Shown: in pieces, positions 25,321 to 38,218 of the stretch
How positions within the stretch are numbered: position 1 is the stretch's first letter
Layout of the letters: every line of letters starts with the position of its first letter
Origin: Octopus vulgaris
Lineage: Eukaryota
NCBI GenBank assembly: GCA_951406725.2
Contig: OX597814.1
Coordinates: 496,001-560,000, forward strand
DNA: 64,000 bases
Direction of reading: 5' to 3'
Translations under genes and position numbers: made by a program
Notes under the pieces: model-generated
What the model was told of the DNA's origin: nothing
Databases searched by the model: none
What the model saw: only the letters and a program-made list of their open reading frames with translations

Positions 25321-27364
25321 TGTGTGTGTGTGTATATACATATATGTGTATGTATGTGTGTGTGTATTTGTGTCTCTGTGTTTGTCTTCCCCCCTCCCGG
25401 CCATTGCTTGGCAACCGAGGTTAGTGTGGCTGCAGTCTAATGACTGAAACAAGTAAAAGCTAAAAGATGAACATTTACAGTTTACTTGAGACACAGGAGT
25501 AGTAGTACTCAATAAAGGTGATAGTGTTTTAGCTAGGTACTTGTTTTGTTGGTTCCTTTTGTCAAACCGCTAAGTTACAGGGACTTAAACACAACACCAC
25601 CAGTTGTGAAGCAGTGGTGAGAGACAGAGAAACACAGGTGCCATGCAGTGGGGTTGAACCTGGAACCACACGGTTGGGAAGCAAACTTCTTATCGCACAA
25701 CCTCACCTGTTGCATATTATAGATATTTGCCTCATAAGGCTGAAAGTACAAAAAAAAAAGCTAATAAAAACCCTGGCTCCCAGTTCCTTCATCGATCTCC
25801 CTCCCCATCAATCTCGTATATTGGGCACTGACTGTTTCAAGTCGCAAACAAGTTTTCAAGAGGAAAACATTCCAACATTATTGATCAATTGATTGATTGC
25901 CTTTTGATAGCTTCTGGCATATTGGTTTTCATCTGTTGTTTTTGCACACACACTGTGCACAGATACACATAAATGTGTTCTTGATACACACCTCCACACA
26001 CACACATCCACACACACACATGTTGTTGTTTGGGCTTGGTCATCTGATTAACCAAATTTACATTACCTGAAAATAGTTTGAATGGATTTAGTTGGAGCAC
26101 ATCGATTAGGGTCACCTTGGGATTAAGCAATGATACAAACCCCAATATTCTGTTGCTGAGTCATAAATCTCTTTTACTCATTTCAGTTATTAGACTGTGG
26201 TCATACTGGGGCACCTCCTTGAAAAGTTTTAGTCGAACGAAGTACTTTTTTGCCAAACCACTAACTTACATAAAAACACCAACAGCAGTTGGCAAGCAAT
26301 GCTGGGGAACAATCACAAAAGCACACACAAACATACTCATCACCATTATTTAATCTCCATTTTCCATGCTGGCATGGATTGGCCAGTTTGACAGGAGCTG
26401 CACCAGGTTCCAACCGTCTGTTTCAGCATGGTTTCTACAGCTGGATGCCCTTCCTAATGCCAACCACTCTACAGAGTGTACTGGGTGCTTTTTATGTGGC
26501 ACCAGCACCAGCGCTTTACACATGGCACTAGCACCCACAAACTCGCAAGGCTAGGACCTCTCAAACGATAGGGGGACATAAATAGCCCTTTTACTATCAC
26601 CAAATGCTTGATACAACTAAAGGGAGCTAAGAACCTCGTATCTGTGCTCACTTGCCAGCCTGAGTAATTTGAAGGATTCGGGATACAGGTTCTCAATAGA
26701 TTGTGAGTGGTATATTCAAAGCGACACAGCATGATTTGGTAGCATGTATCATACTTTCTCTAATTGTAAATGTAAACACTTTTTTTGCCGTCCCACTTTT
26801 TCCACCAGGTGGAACATCAAGTTGGAGGTATAGAGTACTGTACTCACAATTGGCTGGTACTCATTTCAACTGAGTCTGCTGGAACAGTATGAAATGATGT
26901 TTCTTGCTTGAAGACACAATGCACTGCCCGGGCCAGGAATCGGACCCACAACCTTATAATCACAAGCTCAACACCATCACTATTTGGCCATGTGCCTTGT
27001 GTATGTTTATATCTGTCTGTTTGATGCTTATTGGGGTGGTGGGGTGGAATGTGAACATCAGGGAGAAAGTTTTTAAAAAACCAGTTTTCAAATGAAGTCT
27101 CTTATGATATTTGTTCTGTGCTAAGTTGCACCCACTCCCTTGTTACTTGTGAGAAATGCAGTGAACCGATGATTAGTCTGTTAAGGATCTTTTACAAGCA
27201 ATGATTGCAATATAAAAGGAATGAATGAAGCATACTTATATGTGTGTGCGTGGATAGATAGATATGTAGATAGATAGGGAGAGTTTACGAAAAAAACAAA
27301 AGACGAAGGCAGGTGGTGTACAAAACAAAGATGTATTAGTATAACGCTCAGGAATAGAAAAAGT

Positions 27365-27400
27365 CTTTTACGTTTCGAGCCTAGGCTCTTCTACAGAAAG
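27365..27400 (-). ncRNA. Minimal type I hammerhead motif in a Penelope-like end
   Basis: Minus strand CUUU-CUGUAGA-A-GAGC-CUAG-GCUC-GAAA-CG-UA-AAAG. Stems are perfect; A6U in the core. Confidence 0.6.
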
Positions 27401-27573
27401 GGACACAGAAAAAAACAAGGAGAGAAAAAACAATGTGTGTAGTGGCTAACGATTTATCATGGCAACTGATATTTAGATAGATAGATATGTACTTCTAATA
27501 TAGGATAAAAAAATTTTTTTAAATTTCATCAAGTGGCCAGTATATTAAAATACCTTTTAAGATGAAAATTATT

Positions 27574-27790
27574 AACAATTATAAATAAGGGCAAAAGAAA
27601 AAAATTTCTATGCCAATACGCTGAGAAATAGACTTTAAATCGTCAATCACTACATACAGTACACATCTCTATAAATAACGATGTATATTTATAGAAATGT
27701 ATATTTTAATGTGGTGATTGACGTTTTAAAGTCTATTTCTCAGCATATTGGCATAGAAATTTTTTTCTTTTGCCCTTATTTATAATTGTT
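27574..27790. repeat. ~100-bp-arm foldback
   Basis: aacaattataaataagggcaaaagaaaaaaatttctatgccaata... vs ...tattggcatagaaattttttcttttgcccttatttataattgtt. Confidence 0.85.
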
Positions 27791-28180
27791 TAGATAGATA
27801 TGTAGGTAGACAGATACACACACTCACATATATATATACATATGTAATTGACACTGTTCTTGGTTATTTCAGTTAACTGCAGGTTGTGTATATCTGTTGG
27901 TGCCTGTTGCTTAGGTATTTTCGGATTGTGATTAATGTAACGAGTTGTGCTGCTCAATGATTTATCATATATGTGACTAATTTATTGATTATCATCAGCG
28001 ATGTCCTACCTAGCATTTGTCGGGTTTATTTTGTTTGTGCCTGCTTATATTCCATGAAATCCTCCCCCTCCCCCTTCCTTATTAGAAGGAAAAAAAAAAA
28101 ACTATATTTCACTTCACATCTGTTAATTATTAGTAATCCTCACTAATTAGTCATAGAGCATGATTGGCGATTTATATTAA

Positions 28181-28397
28181 CCCTTTCGTTGCTGTATTTA
28201 TTTTGAGATGCTCTGTGTTTCTCTCAATTATTTTAGATATGACAAAGAATTTAGTAAAATAATTTAGTTATCATTAAGCTAGTGTTAGGAACATAAATCG
28301 TGACGTTTGGTGGAAGATTTTAATTCAAAACTTATGAAAACAAGACATTTGTACTACAGAACCAGAGGCGGTTTCAGCAGTGTTTCTAATGAAAGGG
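28181..28397. mobile_element. piggyBac-type MITE family E, complete
   Basis: TTAA|CCCTTTCGTT...AATGAAAGGG|TTAA; inverted copy at 49167-49387. Confidence 0.85.
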
Positions 28398-28891
28398 TTA
28401 AAGGAACCATGTTTTCCTTTAGGGACCCCACACGATCAGTAAAACTCTTCAACAGCTCAGTGCTCCTGCTGAGATAGCTAACCACCTTGTGGCATAAACT
28501 TTCCTCTCAGTTATGTGTGGTTCCAGGATTCAGTCCCACTGCCACCAATATTCAGCTGATGGAAAGGGCAGAGAAATTGCCTCATAGGTTGTACCTATTC
28601 ACAATTGCAAGACTTAACTCATTTCTCTAGTTGATACCACCATTTGGCCCTCACTTGCCCTTAATGGAGTCCACTCTGTTGCAAAGATTTTTGACAAGAT
28701 TTTCAGTCTGAGGTTGAGTTGTGTCGTTATTTTTCCATAGTTCCATCAGGGCGATTGTGGGGGTTCTACCCGTCTTCCTCTGTCTATCACGTAACACCTT
28801 AATCCTTCGATTACTCTATTTTGGTTTAAATTTATGGACTTTGTTTCAGCAAACTTTGAAAATATTGAATTTAGTAAAATAACTTTGTTGT

Positions 28892-29255
28892 GGGCATGGC
28901 TGTGTGGTAAGAAGTTTCCAGTCACATGGTTCCAGGTTCAGTTCCACTATGTGGCATTTGGGGCAAGTAGCTCCTACAATAGCCTCAGGCCAACCAAATC
29001 CCTCTGAGTGGATTTCGTAGACAGAAACTGAAAGAAGCTCGTCGTATATAAATGCATGTCCTTGTGTCTATGTTTGTCCCCAATCATCACTTGACAACCA
29101 GTGTTAGTGTGTTTACATCCCTGTAACTTAGTGGTGCAGCAAAAGAGACTAATAGTATAAGTACCAGGATTTAGAAAAAAAGAGTTTGGCTAAAATTCTT
29201 CAAGACAGTGCTCCAGCATGGCCGCAGTTTAGTGACTGAAACAACTAAAAGACAA
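28892..29255 (+). mobile_element. SINE family A inside a family-E MITE remnant
   Basis: Family A motifs, with MITE sequence on both sides (~28797-28890 and 29258-29375). Confidence 0.7.
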
Positions 29256-29720
29256 AGATTGTTAAAGCTGATGTTTGGGAAATGAATGAAATTTTGATGG
29301 GAGAAGATTTTAATTTCAATCAACTTAAAATGGCATTTAGTGCCGTAGAACCAAGGGTTGGTCTCAAACAGGTTGATATTCTTTTCCACTCTAGGCACAA
29401 GGCCCGAAAATTTTGGGGAGTGGTGGGTGGGGCAGTCAATTAGAGTGACATGCAACTGGTACTTAATTTATCAACCCCGAAAGGATGAAAGGCAAAGTCA
29501 ACCTCGGCGGAATTTGAACTCAGGACATAAAAGACAAACAACGAAATACCACTAAGCATTTCACCCAGTGTGCTAACGTTTCTGCCAGCTGACCACCTTT
29601 GCAGGTTGAAATGCTTTTAGTCTTTTGAAACCTCAACCTTTTTTAAGTCACTTTAATCTTTTGATTGAGTTTACCATTGTCATTCTTATAGTCATTCTGC
29701 TGGAACTGGTACACAGTTGC

Positions 29721-29946
29721 AACTAGCAGTCCATGCTACTCCATACTAATGACGAGCAAGACTCAGAAACTAGTCCCTGGATGCAGGCCTAGCTGTTGGG
29801 GGTGCTCTTGTCTCCCCCTTGTAAACATAAGGACACAGGAGATGTGTCAAGGCCGACAGGAAGCGTCGATGCTTCCTAGGGCTAAATAGCAGTGGTGTGA
29901 TTCCCTTTATGGGACTGTCACGTTAAGTTGACAGTATACAACTGCT
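29721..29946 (+). mobile_element. Hammerhead-containing structured repeat (retrozyme-like), copy 1, core mutated
   Basis: CTAATGA-C-GAG-CAAGA-CTC-A-GAAAC-TA-GTC-CCTGGA at 29746-29781; homologous over ~220 bp to 50684-50899. Confidence 0.7.
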
Positions 29947-30504
29947 TTATGGTATACAGTATTGTTTTGTTACTCCCTTTTTGAGTTGATCCTTGCATAG
30001 GACATAATTCCCACATTTGTTAACCCTCCTTCTCCTGTCCCGTAGATACAGTCAACCCAGTGCTTCATTAGGGCCCAAAACACACACCTTGCCATGGCAT
30101 TATTTTGAACTTATTGTCTGCACTTTGCAACACACTCATCTGATGAGCTTCCACTCATTTCCCACCTTCCAAATTTCATATCCACACCTCTGAAAGCAGA
30201 CACCTACCAGTGAGATTGAACCAGCAACTGATGGCTGTTGAATAAACTTTCTTCTTGACAAGAAACAGCCATGACTGAGCTCATTTATTATAACAGATCT
30301 GGTTTGAATGTCAACAGGAGGATTAGTTATATTGTTGCTGGTGGCTGTTGGAGATGTTTAGTAGGTCAGTGACTTAGTACTGTTAACTTAGTAGAATAAA
30401 TGAACCAGTTGTCAGTTTTGTGCAGGAGAGCAAGAGGTGAAGGCCCACCTCTAAACTACCAATTGCATCATTGTTTCCCAACCCTTTTAATCTTAATATA
30501 GAAT

Positions 30505-30735
30505 CCAGTGGCGAGCTGGCAGAAACATTAGCACGCCGGGCGAAATGCTTAGCAGTATTTCGTCTGCCATTATGTTCTGAGTTCAAATTCCAAGGTCGGC
30601 TTTGCCTTTCATCCTTTCGGGGTCGATAAATTAAGTACCAGTTACACATTGGGGTCGATGTAATCGACTTAATCAGTTTGTCTGTCCTTGTTTGTTCCCT
30701 CTATGTTTGGCCCCTTGTGGGCAATTAAGAAATAA
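30505..30735 (+). mobile_element. SINE family C
   Basis: gtggcgagctggcagaaacattagcacgccggg...gccccttgtgggcaattaagaaat. Confidence 0.85.
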
Positions 30736-31110
30736 TCTTGATATAGAACCCTTAAGATATAGTCCATGTCTTGTGGAACTTTCACATAATTAGATCTTTT
30801 CTTGCTGTCTCATAAAAATAAACCAAGACCTTTTAAAGTGTCTTTAAAAGGTTTTGCTGTGCTAATAAAAATAACTGCCACTCCACTGGTAATAACAACG
30901 AATGTTCCAGTTGATCCGGAGAGCAGAACAATCTGCTCGTGAAATTAACATACAAGTGGCTGAGTATTCCACCCTTAACGTAGTTCTTGGGGGGATTCAG
31001 TGTGATAAGGCTGGCCCCTTTGAAATACAGATCAGGAGTGGTCTTAGATGGGTTGATATCATGAGGGTTAAACAAGACCTTATTGACCAAATTTCCTTAC
31101 AATTCCATTT

Positions 31111-31345
31111 CATCATCATCATCATCATTTAGCGTCCAAAGGCTGCACCAGACTCCAGTTTGATTTGGTATGGTTTTCTTGTGCCACCAGCATGGGTGCC
31201 ATTTGCATGACACTGGTATCTGTCACGACTGTAATTTTGCTCAGCTTGGTGGGTCTTCTTCTCAAGCAAAACATAATGCCAAAGGCCTTAGTCATTGCAT
31301 CCATGAGGCCCAACACTAGAAAGAAGCTCAGCCACTTTGCCTCCA
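31111..31345 (-). mobile_element. RTE 3' end with ORF2 terminal remnant
   Basis: (CAT)n tail; the minus frame contains LGLMDAMTK, homologous to LGLTEAMTK at 55.5 kb. Confidence 0.7.
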
Positions 31346-33574
31346 TTTAGATATAACAGCCTGCACTATGAATATTCTGACAGTGGGTTTGGTTTGTGTT
31401 CAGGGCCAGTCTCGCTCCCTCGTCCTTCAAACTTGTATTGGTCAACTGCAGCAAGTGCTACAAAAGCTCAATAGCTATCTGGATTCGGGATTTGCATGGA
31501 GTGCCCTTCTCTTAGATGAGCAGCTTAAGAGCCTCATCTCTCTTGAGTCCTTTGAGGAGTCTGTGAGTGACCTTCTTCTGGAGGCAGTTCCATGAAATGC
31601 TAATTAGCTGAGACCTTAATAGGTCTGAGCAGACCCAGGAACAGAAGTGGCCAAGGGATGGTTCCACACTCCTCAAACCCTGAAACTCTACCCAGGACAG
31701 GCATTTGCATATAATTAGTTTATATGTATAGTACTATGTCTTGTGGCACATTAAGCAGCCTCTCTCAGACTTTTAGGGCTTAGGTGAAGCCCCAGTTGGG
31801 AGACATTGATCTACCCCAAAGATGCATTTCAACCCTGATGATGACTACACAGTTATACCTATTTCTTTACTACCCACAAGGGGCCAAACACAGAGAGGAC
31901 AACCAAGGACAGACAAGCTGATTAAGTCGATTACATCGACCCCAGTGTGTAACTGGTACTTAATTTATTGACCTCGACGGAATTTGAACTCAGATCATAA
32001 CGCGGTAGACGAAATACCGCCAAGCATTTCACCCAGCCTGCTAACGTTTCTGCCAGCTCACCGCCTTCTACACAGTTAAACCACCTCTGTAAAATCTGTG
32101 ATGTGATATATTCAGCTGTAACATCTGCCTCTTCTGTTGACACATTGACAGACACATTGACAGCCACATCCCAAATGCCATTAATTATAGAATTTTGATG
32201 GCTGTGTTTCCTTATTGTCCCTTTCAAAGCTGGAATACCAGAAGTCCCTGTTTCTCACAGCCATTGTTGGGTTTTACATCCTCGCTCGGGTTGCTGTCAC
32301 TGTTTGCTTCAAGGAACCTGGGAAGCCCTAGTATGAATCGATTAAATCAGCCCCAGGATTTGATCTTCTGGAAGGATGAGCCATAGGATTTGAACTCTGA
32401 CTATAACTATAACCAAGTGCTACACACCCACAACTCTGCCAATCTACCCCTTTTCAACATTGTCAATTAGGAAGATTGTAACGACCCTCACCAGGGAAAC
32501 ACTGATCAAGTAAAACCTAAAGACACAGATGACAGTGAGTGATTTGAGGGAAATTAGGCTGCTATTTCTCGATAGGTTGTGCGAACACAGAGGTTCACAT
32601 GTAGGCTTATAGATATTAATTATTTGGTGTTATTTGGTGCAAAGTGCAGGAAATCTGGGACAGATTAAGTGATAAATGCAGAAGCTGCTAATTGATGTTA
32701 AAAGAGATGAACAGAATTTATGAGGGGGGGGGGCTACTTGGTTCCCTCTTCTTGTGAAACATTTAATGTTTGATAATAAATTTGATCAAATAACAATGGA
32801 AACCACAATGGAAATGAGGTTAATACTTTGATAACTTGTTAGCAAGGTTAATAATAATAATAATAATAGTTAAATATACTGTGAGATTAAACTAATTGAA
32901 ACGCTTAGCACAATTGGCATATCTACTTCAGATTGTGTGTGTGTGTATAGGCATAGTTTATAACCACTGTAGGTGCAGTGGGGTCAAATAGTTAAGTTCG
33001 CTTTACAACCATAAGATCTCGGGTTCAATCACATTCTATGGCATCTTGGGCAGATGTCATTTTCAGCCTTTATCTCATGAGTGAAATTCTGTTAGTGGAA
33101 ACTGTAGAGAAGCCCACTGAGCAAATTGTAGCTTGTAATTCAAAAGATAGAGCTTTATCACAGTGTTTTGCTGATTCTGCCTAAGAATTAAGTTTAAGGC
33201 TACATGTATCTGAAATACTCAGCCACTTGCACAACTGAATCCTCTTCACTTTACAATGGAGGCCCACCATGCCCACCACCATCACTACCAAAGAAGTTCC
33301 AATGACAGTTCCTGTTGACCATTTTAACTATGTTTTTTTTTATACTATAAACTTAAGTGATACCTGTCATATGCCAGGTGACTTTTTCCACCATGGGTAA
33401 TATTGAGTGGTGCCATGTATAAAGTTTGTTTCCCAATCACAGGGTTCTCGGTTCATTCTCAGTGTATGGCACCTCCTTGAGCAAGTACCTTCTACTATAG
33501 ACCCAGGCTAACCATGCTTTGTGAGTGGATTTGGCAGAGAGAAACTGAAGAAGCCCATCATATGTGTATATATT

Positions 33575-33985
33575 GAAATCAAAATGGAAATTGTAGTTGT
33601 GGCCAATACCAGTCTCCCCTGGCTGGTGCCGGTGGCACGTAATGAGCACCATTCAAGCTTGGGCTGATACTAATGTCGCCTGACTGGCTTCCCGTACCAG
33701 TGACATTTAAAAAGCACCATCCAAACATGGTCAATGCCAGCCCCCCACCGACTAGCTCCTGTGCCAGTGGCACGTAAAAAGCACCATCCAAACGTGGTCG
33801 ATGCCAGTGCCACCTGACTGGCTCTCTGCTGATGGCACGTAAAAAGCACCATCCAAATGTGGTTGATACCAGTCCCCCACAAGCTGGCTCCCAAGTCGGT
33901 GGTATGTAAAAAGCACCCACTACACTCTCGGAGTGGTTGGCATTAGGAGGGACATCCAGCTGTAGAAACCCTGCCAGATTGGAGC
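33575..33985 (+). mobile_element. RTE 3' UTR (family B) with about 5 tandem units
   Basis: Repeated ggcacgtaaaaagcaccatccaaac units. Confidence 0.8.
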
Positions 33986-34984
33986 CCATGCCTTTCAAAC
34001 ATCTGGGAACTCCGAAACAGATTTTCAAGGCTTTTGCACCCTCCTCTTTCATGTGCTGGCCCTACAAAGTCATTTCACGAGTTTAAAATACAGTTCCAGT
34101 TCCCCTTGGTCTTCGAGAAGACCCGATGATTCGATCCTCTCTTTGGAGATTTGGTTGCAAGTTCTAGAAAAGCCAGTGATTACGTAGAAGCTCCCTCGTG
34201 ATGTGCGTACTGGAGCACAGATCTGTACTAGATTTGTGTGAGGATATGTGAGTGTTCAGCTATGCACTGAAATTGTGAGTGTGTATGTTTGTGTGCACTG
34301 GGTACCATCTAATCCCGGCATGGTGTAATTTGAAGGAATTTGGTTACTTTTTTAAGCAGGCTGAACGATCACATAGGAGGTTCTTCGCTGGTTTATTTGT
34401 TTATGTCTGTGAAAGAGAGCTGTTATTGTTTAACCCCGAAAGGCGACGGGCTGGCAGTATCATTAGCACGCCGGACAAAATTCTCAGCGGCATTTATTCC
34501 GTCTTTACATTCAGAGTTCAAATTCCGTTGAGGTCGACTTTGCCATCATCCTTTAAGAGTCAATAAACTAAGTACCAGTCGAGCACTGGGGTCGATGTAA
34601 TCGAGTAACCCACCTCCTCCAAAATGTCAAACCTTTGTGTCTATAATAGAAAGTATTATAGTTTAAGCACGGGTTAACTATGATGATAGGCGTCCCTGTA
34701 GTGACCATCCAGTCGATTCATAAATCAAGGAATTATAATAACCAGTCCGTGCCGGTGGCACGTAAAAAGCACCATCCGATCGTGGCCATTTGCCAGCCTC
34801 GTCTGGCACGTAAAAAGCACCCACTACACTCATGGAGTGGTTGGCGTTAGGAAGGGCATCCAGCCGTAGAAACATTGCCAGATCAGACTGGGCCTGGTGC
34901 AGCCTTCTGGCTTCCCAGACCCAGTTGAACCGTCCAACCCATGCCAGCATGGAAAGCGAACGCTAAACGATGATGATGATGATG

Positions 34985-35016
<32 letters not shown>

Positions 35017-36532
35017 TTTTGGTGTTAGGAAGGGCATCCAGCTATAAAAATCCTGCCAAAACAGTCACAGAAGTGTGGTGCAGGCATCTGCCTGGCCGGC
35101 TCTTGTCAAACCATCCTTCCCATGCCAGCATGGAAGGCAGGCATTAAACGATGATGATGATGATAATCTGTGTGTTTGTCTCTGTTCCCCACCACTTCTT
35201 GGACAACTAGTATTGGTTTGCTTATGTCTCCATAACTTAGTGGTTCAGCAGAAAGAGACCGGTAGAATAAGTGCCAGGCTTAGTCAATTCATTTGACTAA
35301 AACATTCAAAGTGGTGCCCCAGCGTGGTCGCAGTCTAATTATGATTTAACTTTTGACGAATCTCTTCTTGTACAAAATGATGAAATAAATCCTCCTTGTT
35401 TGTACTCCATCCAACAACCACTCCGTCGTTTGTACCTCATCTCTCTCTCGTCACACTATGGTTCTTTCTCTCTCCTCATCCCTGCATCTCTTCCGTTAGT
35501 TCTCTCTCTCTCTCCCTCCTCCCCTCTTTATATAATGTAAAGTGTGACTGGCAAAACCAATTAATATTTGTATCCAGTTGTTATAGAGATTTAGTTCTAA
35601 TGAGGTCATTATAACATTGAAACAGGTTCAGAGTTATCTCCTACTCACCAATAAACTGAAAATACTCATTAACTTGTATTGTTTTATTTATTTCTAGTTA
35701 TTCTCTTCTCTTCTATTTCCTGTATGAACTAGGTTAATGCTAACTTACCTATTGTTCAAAATATTGTTTTTAACTGGTTGTTTAGTACAAAACACTTGTG
35801 ACAGTCTCCTGTTGTTGTTCTTTTTCATGCGATGGTCAAATATTACAGTTTTTTGACAAGAGGCTAGCAGTGGCAGCACCAGCTGTGCTTGTGTACACAG
35901 AATTAGATTTTATGAAGCTTACATCCTTATGACACCTTGTTAATTAAACCACTTCACAAATTAATTAAGTCACTTCATGATATAAGATGTGTTAGCTGGG
36001 TGGCCATGGGAGGGTTCTGCACACTGTGGGGGAAGACAGACACAGAGAGAGAGAGAGCAAAGCTTAATTGAAGGAGAAATCCAAATGTCACCATTGTTGT
36101 TATTTCACTACCCTGTTTCAGCAGTGGGGTGGAGTACCCTGACAGACAGACAGTCATACATATATCCATGTGCATTCACACACACACACACTGACCTCGT
36201 GCATGTGTACCCGTTAAACATACACTTGCACAATAATCACCTCTGACTATACACAATAGCATTATACACCCCCTCATACACCCACCTTCGTGAACTTTAA
36301 TACATTCACAGCTCTGTACGGAGTCTGTGAGGAGGCACAGTGAGCTAATAGTTGCGGGCTGACCTAAAATATTTCACTGATAAACTACTAACCACTCTAC
36401 TACTACTACTACTGGTGGCAATGGTGGTGGTGGTAGTAGTAAAAACAGCTGTTGTAGTTTACTTTACGAATCTATATATGGTTGTATATAGAGAGTGAAG
36501 GTTGAATGTGATCGATCTTATAAACCTATATA

Positions 36533-36572
<40 letters not shown>

Positions 36573-36696
36573 TACCATGACTTGTTGACTGGAAAATATC
36601 AGTTGTATAAATCTATATATTATTATGTATGTAATTTTTGATGGTTGAATAAAGCTATTCATACATATATGATATATATTAGTGTTTGTACATGAC

Positions 36697-36727
<31 letters not shown>

Positions 36728-36890
36728 GTGTGTATATGTATATATATATATATGTGTGTATATGTATATATATATATATATGTGTATATGTATATATATA
36801 TATATGTGTGTATATGTATATATATATATATGTGTGTATATGTGTATATGTATATATATATATATGTGTGTATATGTATATATATATATA

Positions 36891-36935
<45 letters not shown>
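36697..36935. repeat. (TA)/(TG) compound microsatellite
   Basis: Direct inspection. Confidence 0.9.
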
Positions 36936-36936
<1 letters not shown>

Positions 36937-37211
36937 TCATCATCATCGTTTAACGTCTGCTTTCCATGCTAGCATGGGTTGGACGATTTTGACTGAGGGC
37001 TGGCGAACCAGATGGCTGCACCAGGCTCCAATCTTGATTTGGCAGAGTTTCTACAGCTGGATGCCCTTCCTAATGCCAACCACTCTGAGAGTGTAGTGGG
37101 TGCTTTTTACGTGCCACCGGCATGGGGGCCAGTCAGGTGGTACTGGCAACGACCTCGCTTGAATCTTTTTACATATGCCACCGGCACAGGTGCCAGTAAG
37201 GCGACGTTGGT

Positions 37212-37255
<44 letters not shown>

Positions 37256-37745
37256 TACATACATATGCGCACACACACATACATTTACTGAAGGCACATG
37301 GCTTAGTGGTTATGGGTGTTGCACTCACAATGGCAAGATTGTGGGTTCAGTTCCCAGACCAGACATTACGTTGTGTTCTTGATCAAAGCACTTCATTTCA
37401 CGTTGCTCTGCAATCATTTCAACACCTGACGTGTGGCACCCAGTTGCACCTGTACAGGTAATGTTGATTGGATGGAGGGAGTGAGCTTATGGGAACACAA
37501 ACCTTTGATCACTATAAGCAGATCATCTGTTTGGCTGTTCAATAAAGAACTTGCCGAACGCTCATACATCATCTAAAGATGGGAGAGTCCATTATTATAT
37601 ATACTTGTATATAGAATATTGGGTTTGGTTCACTTGTGATCTAAATGAACAGGTACGTGCTATATAGCAGGTCAACCGTTAGGTTCCAAGGTCAGAGCTA
37701 AGGCTGGATATAAGGATCCATGTTAGGGTTCCATTATAACCTGTA

Positions 37746-37894
37746 TATATTATGAGGAAAAATGAAAACCAAGGCAGAACAAGTATCTCAAGTCATTTAG
37801 AATGATTTAATTGAAATTCACCTTACCCTAATTAAATTATTCTAAATGACTTGAGATGATTGTTCTGCCCTGATTTTGATTTTCCTCTAATATA
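37746..37894. repeat. ~65-bp-arm imperfect foldback
   Basis: gaggaaaa...ggcagaacaagtatctcaagtcatttagaatgatttaatt vs aattaaattattctaaatgacttgagatgattgttctgcc...ttttcctc. Confidence 0.8.
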
Positions 37895-38175
37895 ATTTGT
37901 GTGTGTCTGTGTGTATAGGTGTGTATAGGGGTGAGTGGATAGTTAAGTTTACAAGATTGCAGAAGGTGAGTGGGAGATGATGCGAAGGGAAACGCAGGTG
38001 GAGGGAGGGATTCTTAGGAAGGTATGTTGTGGGCAAGAAGGAGCTGTGTCAAGTTACTGGGAGGTGTGTACAAGTGAAGTGGTACATATATACAGACCCC
38101 CTTATGTACCTCTGGAGGAAGGGCATCCAGCTACACAAAGATTGGAAAAGACCGGTTGTATAAATTTAGATATTG

Positions 38176-38218
<43 letters not shown>

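Noticed and set aside
30139-30300. CTGATGAG motif and an NFLLDKKQ RT-like peptide
   Set aside because: No stem II/GAAA follows the motif, and the peptide is too short and degenerate to call a LINE.
31368-31595. 75-aa ORF with helical-looking sequence
   Set aside because: No supported splice context; more likely a decayed LINE C-terminus, which I cannot confirm.
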